Assembly: GCA_012843025.1 (NCBI GenBank)
Contig: DURT01000050.1
Span: 2,128-66,127 of the forward strand
From: Tissierellia bacterium
GTDB lineage: Bacteria; Bacillota; Clostridia; Tissierellales; Sedimentibacteraceae
DNA: 64,000 bases
Direction: 5' to 3'
Shown piece by piece: positions 40,062 through 49,433 of this stretch (the stretch's first letter is position 1; the number at the start of each line of letters is the position of its first letter). The notes under the pieces are model-generated. The model saw only the letters and a program-made list of their open reading frames with translations, was not told the origin of the DNA and ran no database searches. The position numbers and the translations under genes were made by a program.

Positions 40062-41057
40062 ATGAAAAAAGACTTGGTTCTTAATGTTAAAAACCTAGTA
40101 GTACGTTATGAAACAGAAGATGGTATAGTTAAAGCAGTTAATGGACTGAATTTAGAAATTGAAAGAGGAAAGGCAATAGGATTAGTAGGAGAAACGGGAG
40201 CAGGAAAGACAACTACTGCTTTATCACTCTTGAGACTGATTCCAGAACCTCCAGGGGTGGAAGAGTGCGGTCTAATGGAATTAGACGGCTTAGATATGTT
40301 GAGTTTAACTCCTAAGGAATTAGAAAAGGTACGGGGAAAGGATATTTCAATGATATTCCAGGACCCTATGACTGCTCTTAATCCAGTTTTTACTGTAGGT
40401 GACCAGATAGCAGAAAGTATACATCTCCATGAAGATGTTTCCTATACAGAAGCTCAGAGACGTGCAATAGATATGCTTGAATTGGTTGGAATACCCGGTG
40501 AGCGAGCAAGTGATTATCCCCACCAATTCTCAGGGGGTATGAAACAACGTGTTGTAATTGCAATTGCCCTTGCATGTCGACCTAAGCTTTTAATAGCTGA
40601 TGAACCTACTACTGCCTTAGATGTTACAATTCAGGCACAGGTTCTTGAATTAATGAAAAACTTACGTAAAAAGTATCAAACTTCTTTAATAATGATTACC
40701 CATGACTTAGGTATTGTAGCAGAAATATGTGATGAAGTTGCAGTTATGTATGCAGGTAATATTGTAGAAAAGGGTACATTAGAAGATGTTTTTAACAGAA
40801 CTAAACACCCTTATACAGAAGGTTTGTTTAATTCTATACCTAATATTTACGACAGAAAAGCAATGCTTACACCCATTAAAGGTTTAATGCCAGATCCTAC
40901 AAATCTTCCGGAAGGATGTCCTTTCCATCCCCGTTGTCCATATATGGATGAGGATTGTAAAAAGCCACAAACAGATAGGGCAATTTCAGATACCCATTTC
41001 GTAAGATGCAGTGCATACGATAGACCAGGATTTCACATCAACAGGAAGGAGAAGTAA
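40062..41057 (+). CDS. ABC transporter ATP-binding protein (OppD/DppD-like)
   Basis: Walker [10 protein letters not shown], signature FSGGMKQRV, Walker [13 protein letters not shown], and a C-terminal Cys-rich oligopeptide-transporter domain [14 protein letters not shown]. The ATG at 40062 is preferred over the GTG at 40050. Confidence 0.9.
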   Translation: MKKDLVLNVKNLVVRYETEDGIVKAVNGLNLEIERGKAIGLVGETGAGKTTTALSLLRLIPEPPGVEECGLMELDGLDMLSLTPKELEKVRGKDISMIFQDPMTALNPVFTVGDQIAESIHLHEDVSYTEAQRRAIDMLELVGIPGERASDYPHQFSGGMKQRVVIAIALACRPKLLIADEPTTALDVTIQAQVLELMKNLRKKYQTSLIMITHDLGIVAEICDEVAVMYAGNIVEKGTLEDVFNRTKHPYTEGLFNSIPNIYDRKAMLTPIKGLMPDPTNLPEGCPFHPRCPYMDEDCKKPQTDRAISDTHFVRCSAYDRPGFHINRKEK

Positions 41058-41058
41058 T

Positions 41059-42012
41059 ATGTCGGATACAATTTTAGAAATAAAAAATTTAAAAAAATAC
41101 TTTAAAACTAAACGTGGTATGTTGCATGCTGTTGATGGAATCAATTTAACTGTTGAACGTGGAAAGACTCTAGGACTAGTTGGGGAATCCGGTTGTGGAA
41201 AATCTACCGTGGGACGAACTATATTGCGTCTTATAGAGCCTACGGAAGGAGAAATCTTATTTGAAGGAAAGGATATTACAAAGCTTAATAGAAGGCAATT
41301 GAAATTAGTTCGTAAGGATATGCAGCTGATTTTCCAAGACCCCTATTCATCCTTAGACCCTCGTAAAACGGTGAGTCAAATTATAAGCGAACCCATAATT
41401 GCCAATAAAATTTTGAAATCTAGCCAAGATATTCATAACAGAGTGGCAGAACTTATGTCTACTGTAGGTCTTGCCGCCCGTTTGTTTAATACTTATCCTC
41501 ACGAGTTGGACGGAGGACGTCGTCAGCGTATAGGTATAGCCCGGGCATTGGCAATGGAACCTAAATTTATTGTTTGTGATGAACCTGTTTCTGCATTAGA
41601 TGTGTCCATACAGGCTCAAATATTGAACTTATTAAAGGAATTACAAGCTGAATTTAAATTATCTTATATTTTTATTACCCATGACCTTTCCGTAGTTAAT
41701 CATTTTTCTGATGATATTGCTGTTATGTACTTGGGTAAAATTGTAGAAAAAGCGCCGGCGGAAGAATTATTTGCTAATCCATTGCATCCATATACGCAAG
41801 CCTTGTTGTCTGCAATTCCAATACCGGAATTAGGAGTAAAAAAGGAAAGAATACTAATTAAAGGTGAAATTACTTCTCCAATAAATCCTCCTAGTGAATG
41901 CAGATTTAAGAAAAGATGCAACTATGCTCACGATAAGTGCGATGTACATCCGGAACTTGTAGAAGTTTCCACCGGTCACTTTGTAGCTTGTCACTTAGTT
42001 GGAAAACAATAA
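41059..42012 (+). CDS. ABC transporter ATP-binding protein (OppF/DppF-like)
   Basis: Start at the ATG at 41059, just after the upstream TAA. Walker A GESGCGKST, signature LDGGRRQRI, Walker B FIVCDEPVSALD, C-terminal CRFKKRCNYAHDKC. Confidence 0.9.
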   Translation: MSDTILEIKNLKKYFKTKRGMLHAVDGINLTVERGKTLGLVGESGCGKSTVGRTILRLIEPTEGEILFEGKDITKLNRRQLKLVRKDMQLIFQDPYSSLDPRKTVSQIISEPIIANKILKSSQDIHNRVAELMSTVGLAARLFNTYPHELDGGRRQRIGIARALAMEPKFIVCDEPVSALDVSIQAQILNLLKELQAEFKLSYIFITHDLSVVNHFSDDIAVMYLGKIVEKAPAEELFANPLHPYTQALLSAIPIPELGVKKERILIKGEITSPINPPSECRFKKRCNYAHDKCDVHPELVEVSTGHFVACHLVGKQ

Positions 42013-42041
42013 AAATTTATATATATTATTGGAGGAATAAA

Positions 42042-43211
42042 ATGATATTTGGTGTACTAAAGGATATTAAAGAAGGCGAATATCGCGTTATATGCACACC
42101 TACAGAGGTTGCCAGCATCATAAGTGCTGGGCACAGGGTATTAGTCCAAAAAGATTGTGGTAAAGCAGCAGGATTTCCAAATGAAGCTTATGAAAAGGCA
42201 GGAGCAGAAGTTGTGGAAAGTGCTGAGGAAATATTTGCTCGCTGTGACATGGTTGCTAAAGTAAAGGAATTTGAAGAAAGTGAATATGATCTAATTCGGG
42301 AAAATCAAATTATTTTAGGCTGTATCCATCCTGCAGGTAATAGGGAAGAAGTAGATGCAATTTTAAAAAGCAAGTGTATTGCTTTTACTGCTGAGGATTC
42401 TCATCGATATGGTTCCCCAAATTGTGAAGCTGCTGGAAAGCAAGGAGCACTTTTTGGTCTTGAGTCAATGCTTACAATTAACGGTGGTAAAGGTAAGTAT
42501 GTAGGTGGCTTTGCAGGTGCACCTGGAATGAATGTTTTAATTTTAGGAGGAGGCCTTGTGGGACAAGGAGCCTTGTCAGTACTTTATGCTTTAGGTGCAA
42601 ATGTGACAGTAATGGATATTAATGTTGGAGTTCTTAGAACTTTAAGTGATCGTTACAACGGTAAAATAAATACCATGTTCTGTACCAAGGAAGCTATTGC
42701 ATCAGTCTTGCCCCAAACAGATATGGTTATAAATGCTGTTAAATGGCCAAAACACAGGAAGGATTTCCTAATAGATAAGGAAATGTTAAAACTTATGGAA
42801 CCAGGATCTGTATTGGTAGATATAAGCAATGATAATCCTGGCGCAATTGAATCATCCTATGAAACTCATCATGATAATCCTCGTTACGTAGTAAACGGAG
42901 TAGTTCATTACTGTGTTAGCAACATACCGGGAGCCGTAGCTCACTCTACTTCTATAGCCTATGCAGCAGTAATGCTACCTACAATTTTAAGTATTTTAAA
43001 TGATGGAGTTGTGGAAGCCTGTGTGAAGGACGGATATATTAGAAGAAGTTTAACAGCATACAAAGGATATCTTACACACGAGGAAACAAGCGGCATACAG
43101 AATAGACCTTGGATTCCGCCGGAAGTTATCTTAGGTATAAAAGACAGGGAATTAGATTATGCACCTCCTGCTACAACTACAAGGTCTACAAATTACTATG
43201 TACTTGAATAG
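42042..43211 (+). CDS. Alanine dehydrogenase/PNT-family NAD(P)-dependent enzyme (divergent; saccharopine/carboxyethyl-ornithine-type chemistry possible)
   Basis: Start at the ATG at 42042, after GGAGGA. The N-terminus MIFGVLKDIKEGEYRVICTP...AGHRVLVQKDCG...VAKVKE...GCIHPA parallels AlaDH (MIIGVPKEIK..ENRV, KVKEP, LH). Rossmann motif LILGGGLVGQGA. There is a ~40-aa C-terminal extension. Confidence 0.7.
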   Translation: MIFGVLKDIKEGEYRVICTPTEVASIISAGHRVLVQKDCGKAAGFPNEAYEKAGAEVVESAEEIFARCDMVAKVKEFEESEYDLIRENQIILGCIHPAGNREEVDAILKSKCIAFTAEDSHRYGSPNCEAAGKQGALFGLESMLTINGGKGKYVGGFAGAPGMNVLILGGGLVGQGALSVLYALGANVTVMDINVGVLRTLSDRYNGKINTMFCTKEAIASVLPQTDMVINAVKWPKHRKDFLIDKEMLKLMEPGSVLVDISNDNPGAIESSYETHHDNPRYVVNGVVHYCVSNIPGAVAHSTSIAYAAVMLPTILSILNDGVVEACVKDGYIRRSLTAYKGYLTHEETSGIQNRPWIPPEVILGIKDRELDYAPPATTTRSTNYYVLE

Positions 43212-43273
43212 TTCTCATACTTTCTATTTGCTATAGGATATTACCTATTATTAATGAGAAAGCAGGAAATAAG

Positions 43274-44599
43274 ATGGTTTTTGAAACTGATTACAAACTT
43301 GAAGAATTTATACTTAATACTGTATGGGAAGATTTGCCTGAAAAAGTACAGGAACGGGCTCAGGTATGCTTTATAGATTTAATGGGCGCCTTATTGATCG
43401 GTAGCCGCAGTCAGCAGTTTGATGCTGGAATAAAATTAGCAAAATCTATCTTTGGAAAAGGCAGTGTAGCAGTAATAGGTTCAAAGGAAGGTTTCAGTTT
43501 CATGGGTGCAGCAACTGCCATGGGCCATTCCTCCAATGCATATGATATTGATGATGGACATAATATTATAAGGGCTCATCCTGGTACATCCTTTATAGGA
43601 GGAATATTAGCTGCAGCCTATGAAAAAGGAATAAGTTACAAGGAACTCCTTACAACATTAGTGGTATCCTACGAAACAACAATTCGTATGGGTAGGGCTA
43701 TTATGGACTACTATAATTTTGCTCATAGTAGCGGCACCTTCGGTGCCGTAGGTACAGCTGCCGGTGTGGGCCGAATATATGGATTCACCAAGGAACAAAT
43801 GAACAATGTATTATCTGTCTCAGAATTTAATGCACCCCTGGTTCCAGGAATACGCTCAGTAGAATATCCTTCAATGAATAAGGACGGGGTTCCCTTTGGT
43901 GTTATGATAGGTGCTATTGCGGTAATGGAAACTTTATGTGGCTTTATCGGCAATAAAAATCTTTTGGAATCAGATAAGTACAGACATTATCTTAATGATT
44001 TAAATGATAATTATGAAATTATGAATTTATATTTTAAACCCTACACTTGTTGCAGATGGGCTCATCCTGCTATTGATTCATGTCTTGAAATTATGAGAAA
44101 CAATGGTATAAGTTACAAGGACATCAAGGAGGTCACCATTCATACATTTAAAGGTGCTTCAATGCTTTCAAAGATAATTCCTAAAACAGAGGATGAAGCT
44201 CAATACAATATATCTTATCCAGTAGCTGCTGCTATAGTAACAGGCGATTTTGGATTAAATCAACTTACCCGGGAAGCTTTTGAAAATCAGGATATACTTG
44301 TAATGATGGAGAAACTTAAGTTTAAAGTGGATCCTGAAATTGATGGAAAGTTTCCTCAAAGGCGTATTTGCAGAGCAGAAATAATTACTTACGATGGTCA
44401 AAGGTTTATTTCCTCGGAATGTGAACCTAAAGGGGAAGCTCATGAAAATATAGGTATGGACTGGATAGTTGAAAAGTTTAAGCGTATTACTGCTCCTGTA
44501 ATAAAACAGGATTTTCAAGATTATATTGTTGATATAATGAAAAATCAATTGGATATTCCAGTTGTAAAAATAATTGATGAGGTAAACAACAATTTATAG
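43274..44599 (+). CDS. MmgE/PrpD-family protein (2-methylcitrate dehydratase-like fold, function unknown)
   Basis: 441 aa. The length and segments such as AATAMGHSSNAYDIDDGH, GTFGAVGTAAGVGR and FKPYTCCRWAHPAIDS are characteristic of the MmgE/PrpD family. Confidence 0.75.
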   Translation: MVFETDYKLEEFILNTVWEDLPEKVQERAQVCFIDLMGALLIGSRSQQFDAGIKLAKSIFGKGSVAVIGSKEGFSFMGAATAMGHSSNAYDIDDGHNIIRAHPGTSFIGGILAAAYEKGISYKELLTTLVVSYETTIRMGRAIMDYYNFAHSSGTFGAVGTAAGVGRIYGFTKEQMNNVLSVSEFNAPLVPGIRSVEYPSMNKDGVPFGVMIGAIAVMETLCGFIGNKNLLESDKYRHYLNDLNDNYEIMNLYFKPYTCCRWAHPAIDSCLEIMRNNGISYKDIKEVTIHTFKGASMLSKIIPKTEDEAQYNISYPVAAAIVTGDFGLNQLTREAFENQDILVMMEKLKFKVDPEIDGKFPQRRICRAEIITYDGQRFISSECEPKGEAHENIGMDWIVEKFKRITAPVIKQDFQDYIVDIMKNQLDIPVVKIIDEVNNNL

Positions 44600-44630
44600 A
44601 TATACAACCCAATAGGAGATATTCCTCCAT

Positions 44631-44664
44631 AAAAAAACAACCCGCCCTTGGTGGGTTGTTTAAT
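44631..44664. terminator. Bidirectional terminator between the PrpD-like gene and helD
   Basis: AAAAAAACAACCCGCC-CTT-GGTGGGTTGTTT, a 12-bp stem with an A tract and a T tract. Confidence 0.85.
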
Positions 44665-44706
44665 TTGTCAAGAGGTTCCCTGGTATAGCATGTTGGGGGG
44701 AGGGGG

Positions 44707-46938
44707 TTATTTTAAAAAGGGTGAAATTTTTCCCGTATAAAACAATGATAATCTGTGAAGGGCTCTGGTACATGCAATATACAGAAGGTTTCTATCGTAT
44801 TCGGAGCTGTAATTTTCCTCATTTGTTTCATATACAATAACTCCGTCAAATTCAAGACCTTTTGCCAAGTACACCGGTATTATTAAAACTCCCTCCAATT
44901 CACTTTCATAATCTAAATAATCAATTAACTTTATTTTAGTTTTTTTGCTAAGCTCAAAATATAACTGGGCTGCTTCCTTCCTGTTTTTACATATAACTGC
45001 TATGGAGCTGAATTCTAAGGATTTGTATTTTTCAATATATTCAACAATTCTATCAAGAATATTTTTATCAGTACATTTAATAACCTTAGGTTCTTCCTCA
45101 TTTCTTTTGAAAAATTCCATAGGAAGTTGGGTATTTAATAACTTTGAGCTGAATTTACTTATTTCATAGGAGCTTCTGTAGCTTTTATTAAGAAAAACTT
45201 TTTCACTTTTTTCGAAATTAAATATGGATATAATAGTATCATATAATGATATATTGCTGTTCTTTTCCACAGACTGATTTATATCTCCTACAATAGTAAA
45301 TTTGGCTTCTCTGAACATATCCTTCAGAATGCAATAGTGTATGGGATAATAATCCTGGGCTTCATCTACTACAACCTGCTTAATGTTGCTGAACAAGTCA
45401 CAGCCCTCTGCTCTAATTTTTAAATACATCAGGCATATTCCGTCAGCGTAAGGGATATTAAATTGATCTTTCAAAGCATTATTTGTATAATCAATAATTT
45501 CATCTATATTATCCGGCAGTTTGAGACCCTTAGATATTTTTTTGAACATGTCAATATCAGAGAATAATTTTTTATATAACTTAAAACAGTCAAATTCAGT
45601 AAATTCACGTAATTTCTCGACAAATTTCTTCGTTTCTTTTGCCGCCAAAACCCTTACAAAGGCTTCCGACTCATATTCATAGTTATTTAATTTATTAACT
45701 GCTATTTCAATTTTACTTCGTCGGTCTTTTCTCATATCCCGAACTTTATTCATAATTCTGCTCTCAATAATTTTTAGCTTCTTAGCCATAGGCATATTGA
45801 GCTTTGAGCTTAACAGCAATGCTTTTAACAGTTGGCGATTTTCAATAATTTTACCGTTGAAATATACATCGGTAAAGGGTATTAACTTTCGCTGAAAATA
45901 ATTAATATACCGATCCATTATTTCTTTGAAGATCAGGGATCCTTTAAATTCTACATAGGATCTTAAAAATCCCCTTTCCTTTTCAGTTTTTGCCACTATT
46001 ATATTTTCAAAGTTCTCACTTTTAGTTTTCATAGATAGCTGGTTATTAAATAACCTTTGAAATATGTTTTCGAAAGTATATTTATTAATATTATCTTCAC
46101 CTAACTCAGGGAGAACATTGGATATGTATTTAGAAAAAAGTGGATTCGGTGAAATAACTATAACATTATTAGACTTAAGATTTAAATTGGTACCCTGGTA
46201 CATGAGGAAAGCCACTCTGTGCAGTGCCACGGATGATTTTCCGCTGCCTGCAGCTCCCTGAACCACCAACAAATCATTATATAGGTCCCTTATAATTAAA
46301 TCTTGCTGCATCTGTATAGTTTCAACAATTGTCTTCATTTTTGGAGTCATATTCTTAGACAAAGCTTCTATAAGTATTTCGTCAAGAATATTTATGTTAC
46401 TGTCAAAGAAATATTCAATTTTACCTTTCTTGATTTTAAATTGTCTTTTAAGAGAAACGTATCCTTTTATTACTCCGGCAGGAGCTTTGTATTGAACAGG
46501 TCCTACCTCGTTTCGGTAGTACAGGCTTGAAATGGGCGCACGCCAATCATAGACTTTTATTTCATGGGTATCTTCATCCATTAAATTAAAAAGTCCTATA
46601 TATATTTTTTCTTTTTCATCGTAACCTTCTTCTGTGAAATCAATTCTTGCAAAATACGGGCTATCCATCATTTTTTCATACTTGGAAATACGTTTTGCCA
46701 TTTCCGTATAGGTGAAAGTTTGAGCCTGTAAAGCGCTTAAATATTGGTTTAAATCTGTAAGTTTATCGAAATCTGCAGATGAATGGGTTGTATTTTCCCA
46801 CATTTCTCTTCGAGACTCAATTATATCGGATTTTTGATTCTCCAAACTATATGTTTCCACTTCAAGTTTGTATTGCAATAATCTTAAGATTTCCTCCAAA
46901 TATTTAGCTTCTTCAGCATATTTGTCATTATACTCCAT
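44707..46938 (-). CDS. helD: UvrD-like helicase HelD (RNA polymerase recycling ATPase)
   Basis: 743 aa. N-terminal coiled-coil, conserved YFARIDF and VYDWRAPISSLYY, Walker A VVQGAAGSGKSSVALHRVAFLMY, C-terminal LYIACTRALHRL. Confidence 0.85.
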   Translation of the reverse strand: MEYNDKYAEEAKYLEEILRLLQYKLEVETYSLENQKSDIIESRREMWENTTHSSADFDKLTDLNQYLSALQAQTFTYTEMAKRISKYEKMMDSPYFARIDFTEEGYDEKEKIYIGLFNLMDEDTHEIKVYDWRAPISSLYYRNEVGPVQYKAPAGVIKGYVSLKRQFKIKKGKIEYFFDSNINILDEILIEALSKNMTPKMKTIVETIQMQQDLIIRDLYNDLLVVQGAAGSGKSSVALHRVAFLMYQGTNLNLKSNNVIVISPNPLFSKYISNVLPELGEDNINKYTFENIFQRLFNNQLSMKTKSENFENIIVAKTEKERGFLRSYVEFKGSLIFKEIMDRYINYFQRKLIPFTDVYFNGKIIENRQLLKALLLSSKLNMPMAKKLKIIESRIMNKVRDMRKDRRSKIEIAVNKLNNYEYESEAFVRVLAAKETKKFVEKLREFTEFDCFKLYKKLFSDIDMFKKISKGLKLPDNIDEIIDYTNNALKDQFNIPYADGICLMYLKIRAEGCDLFSNIKQVVVDEAQDYYPIHYCILKDMFREAKFTIVGDINQSVEKNSNISLYDTIISIFNFEKSEKVFLNKSYRSSYEISKFSSKLLNTQLPMEFFKRNEEEPKVIKCTDKNILDRIVEYIEKYKSLEFSSIAVICKNRKEAAQLYFELSKKTKIKLIDYLDYESELEGVLIIPVYLAKGLEFDGVIVYETNEENYSSEYDRNLLYIACTRALHRLSLFYTGKISPFLK

Positions 46939-47247
46939 ATATCTATCCCCTTACCCACTGCATATGATATAAGAATTCAATAGATTATTATATCATATTA
47001 AATAGTATATTAAAAGGATAAAAAATTTGCTACGATCCGTTATCTGTTTCAGGAAGATTCTTTAACTAAATTAAATACAACTCCTTAAAAATTAAAACTA
47101 TGTAACAAATAGACAATTTCATTTTATTTTAATGGAGTATATGTAATAATTTTCTAAAAATTAACTCAAAATACATAATTTTGGATGAAACTGTTTATTG
47201 TTTCGTGTATAATATTATTTATAAAGTATTAAGAAGGGTGTGTTGAA

Positions 47248-47802
47248 TTGATAGGGGAAAAGATAAGAAACATCAGGAAGAGTAAAAATCTTACTATAGT
47301 GGAGTTATCAGAAAAAATCAACGTGACATCAGGTTATATATCTCAAATAGAAAGAGACTTAATATCTCCTTCTCTATCAGTGCTAAAGAGGTTATCGGAA
47401 GCTTTGGAAGTTCCTCTTTCTGAATTGTTTTTGGAGCAATCAGATATGGAAGTTCTGAAGATATCGGAGGGGGAAAGGACTAAGGTAAAATTGAAGGACA
47501 TTAATGTAGAGTTGGAATTCATTACTCCTGTTTTAAACGGTGAAAAACCACCTGCTTGTGAAGCTTTTTTATTCAAATTACAACCGAAAACTTGGGCAAG
47601 TAACCATAGCATACTCCATGAGTCTAGGGAGTGTATCTATGTGTTGCAGGGCGAAATTGAATGTCATGTGGGAGAAAAAATTTATAAAGTATCAAAAGGA
47701 GATAGCATTATTATACCTGAAAAAAAGAGCCATATGTATTATAACAGTAGAGATACTGTTTCAGAAGCTCTATGTATTATATATCCAGCAATACATAAGT
47801 AG
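47248..47802 (+). CDS. XRE-family HTH regulator with a C-terminal cupin domain
   Basis: 184 aa, TTG start. HTH LTIVELSEKINVTSGYISQIERD and cupin HESRECIYVLQGEIECHVG. Confidence 0.85.
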   Translation: MIGEKIRNIRKSKNLTIVELSEKINVTSGYISQIERDLISPSLSVLKRLSEALEVPLSELFLEQSDMEVLKISEGERTKVKLKDINVELEFITPVLNGEKPPACEAFLFKLQPKTWASNHSILHESRECIYVLQGEIECHVGEKIYKVSKGDSIIIPEKKSHMYYNSRDTVSEALCIIYPAIHK

Positions 47803-47833
47803 GTAATTTCCCTATAATGTAACAAAGTTTAGC

Positions 47834-47862
47834 TTGACAAAATAAAAAGTATATTATATTAT
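47834..47862 (+). promoter_or_regulatory. Sigma-A promoter of the serS T-box leader
   Basis: TTGACA, 17 nt, TATTAT. Confidence 0.55.
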
Positions 47863-47868
47863 CCATAT

Positions 47869-48101
47869 AGCAATGAAGGAAAGTAGTAAACAACGAAAAC
47901 AGAGAGCAGGCGGCTGGTGGGAGCCTGCAATGTTGTTGAATCCGTTCTGGAGCTTCTAAGGGTAGCAACTTAGACGTTGAAGGCGTTAACTTCAAAAAGG
48001 GATTATACCAGGGGTATCTTTAGTCAGAGGATGTTCCTAGTATAATAATTAGGGTGGCACCGCGAGTATCTCTCGTCTCTAAATTGAGGCGAGAGTTTTT
48101 T
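47869..48101 (+). promoter_or_regulatory. T-box riboswitch leader, serine specifier (UCC)
   Basis: Stem I elements: AGTA-type GA motif, AGAGAG box, and a distal loop containing GGTGGGAGCC. Specifier context GAA-UCC-G at 47938-47944. T-box sequence AATTAGGGTGGCACCGCG at 48047-48064. Terminator CTCTCGTCTC...GAGGCGAGAG plus T6 at 48070-48101. Lies upstream of serS. Confidence 0.85.
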
Positions 48102-48140
48102 AATTAGAGAGATTATAGATAATTTAATAAGGAGGAAAAA

Positions 48141-49421
48141 ATGTTAGACATTAAAAGAATCAGAAATAATTATCAAGAAGTAGAAGAACTTCTAAAAAGA
48201 AGGAATCCTGAATTAAGCTTGGATAAAGTACTTCAATTAGATAAAGAAAGAAGAGAAAAGCTAGTTGAAGTAGAAAATATGAAAGCAAAGCAAAATAAGG
48301 TATCTAAGCAAATCCCCCTACTTAAAAAGGAGGGGAAAGATGTAACGGAAATACTTCAGGAAATGAAGGAATTAGCAGAAAAGGTAAAATTACTTGATGG
48401 TGAAATAAAGGAAATCGATGAAAAAATTGAAGAAGAACTTTTGAGTATTCCTAATACGCCAAATCCTGATATTACTATAGGGGCATCTGATGAAGACAAC
48501 AAGGAAGTAAGAAGATGGGGAGAACCTAAAAAATTTGATTTTGAATTAAAAGCCCACTGGGACTTAGGGGTGGACTTGGAAGTACTTGATTTTGAAAGAG
48601 CAACCAAAATAACTGGAACAAGGTTTTCCATGTTCAGAGGAGCGGGAGCAAGGTTGGAAAGAGCATTAATAGCTTACATGCTTGATAAGCACACCTTGGA
48701 CCACGGTTTTATAGAATTTGCTCCTCCCTTCATGGTTAATAGAGAAAGTATGATTGGAACTGGCCAGCTTCCTAAATTTGAGGAAGATATGTTTAAGCTT
48801 AATCAAAGGGAATACTATTTAATTCCTACTGCTGAAGTACCTGTTACCAATATTTACAGGGATGAAGTACTGAATGAAAATGATTTACCTATGTATATGA
48901 CTGCATATACACCATGTTTCAGAGCTGAAGCTGGTTCAGCAGGAAGAGATACCAGAGGTTTAATAAGAAACCACCAGTTTGACAAAGTAGAGATGGTAAT
49001 GTATTCAACACCGGAAGATTCTTATAATCAATTGGAAATTCTTACGAACTTTGCGGAAGAAATATTAAAAGGCTTAGGCCTTCCCTACAGGGTTGTAGAG
49101 CTTTGCACGGGAGATATTGGATTCAGTTCAGCTAAAACATATGACCTTGAAGTATGGATGCCAAGTTATGACAGGTACGTGGAAATTTCCTCCTGTTCAA
49201 ACTTTGAAGATTTCCAGGCAAGAAGAGCTAACTTAAGGTTCAGACGAACTAGCACAGGCAAGTTAGAATATATCCATACTTTAAACGGTTCCGGCCTTGC
49301 AGTGGGAAGAACTTTTGCTGCAATATTGGAAAATTACCAAAACGAAGATGGTTCTGTAACTATTCCTGAAGTATTGAGACCTTATATGAGAGGAATGGAA
49401 AAAATAGAAAAAGTAAAATAA
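48141..49421 (+). CDS. serS: Seryl-tRNA synthetase
   Basis: 426 aa. N-terminal coiled-coil arm and class II motifs including [25 protein letters not shown] and [11 protein letters not shown]. Confidence 0.96.
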   Translation: MLDIKRIRNNYQEVEELLKRRNPELSLDKVLQLDKERREKLVEVENMKAKQNKVSKQIPLLKKEGKDVTEILQEMKELAEKVKLLDGEIKEIDEKIEEELLSIPNTPNPDITIGASDEDNKEVRRWGEPKKFDFELKAHWDLGVDLEVLDFERATKITGTRFSMFRGAGARLERALIAYMLDKHTLDHGFIEFAPPFMVNRESMIGTGQLPKFEEDMFKLNQREYYLIPTAEVPVTNIYRDEVLNENDLPMYMTAYTPCFRAEAGSAGRDTRGLIRNHQFDKVEMVMYSTPEDSYNQLEILTNFAEEILKGLGLPYRVVELCTGDIGFSSAKTYDLEVWMPSYDRYVEISSCSNFEDFQARRANLRFRRTSTGKLEYIHTLNGSGLAVGRTFAAILENYQNEDGSVTIPEVLRPYMRGMEKIEKVK

Positions 49422-49433
49422 ACAGGGGGAATT

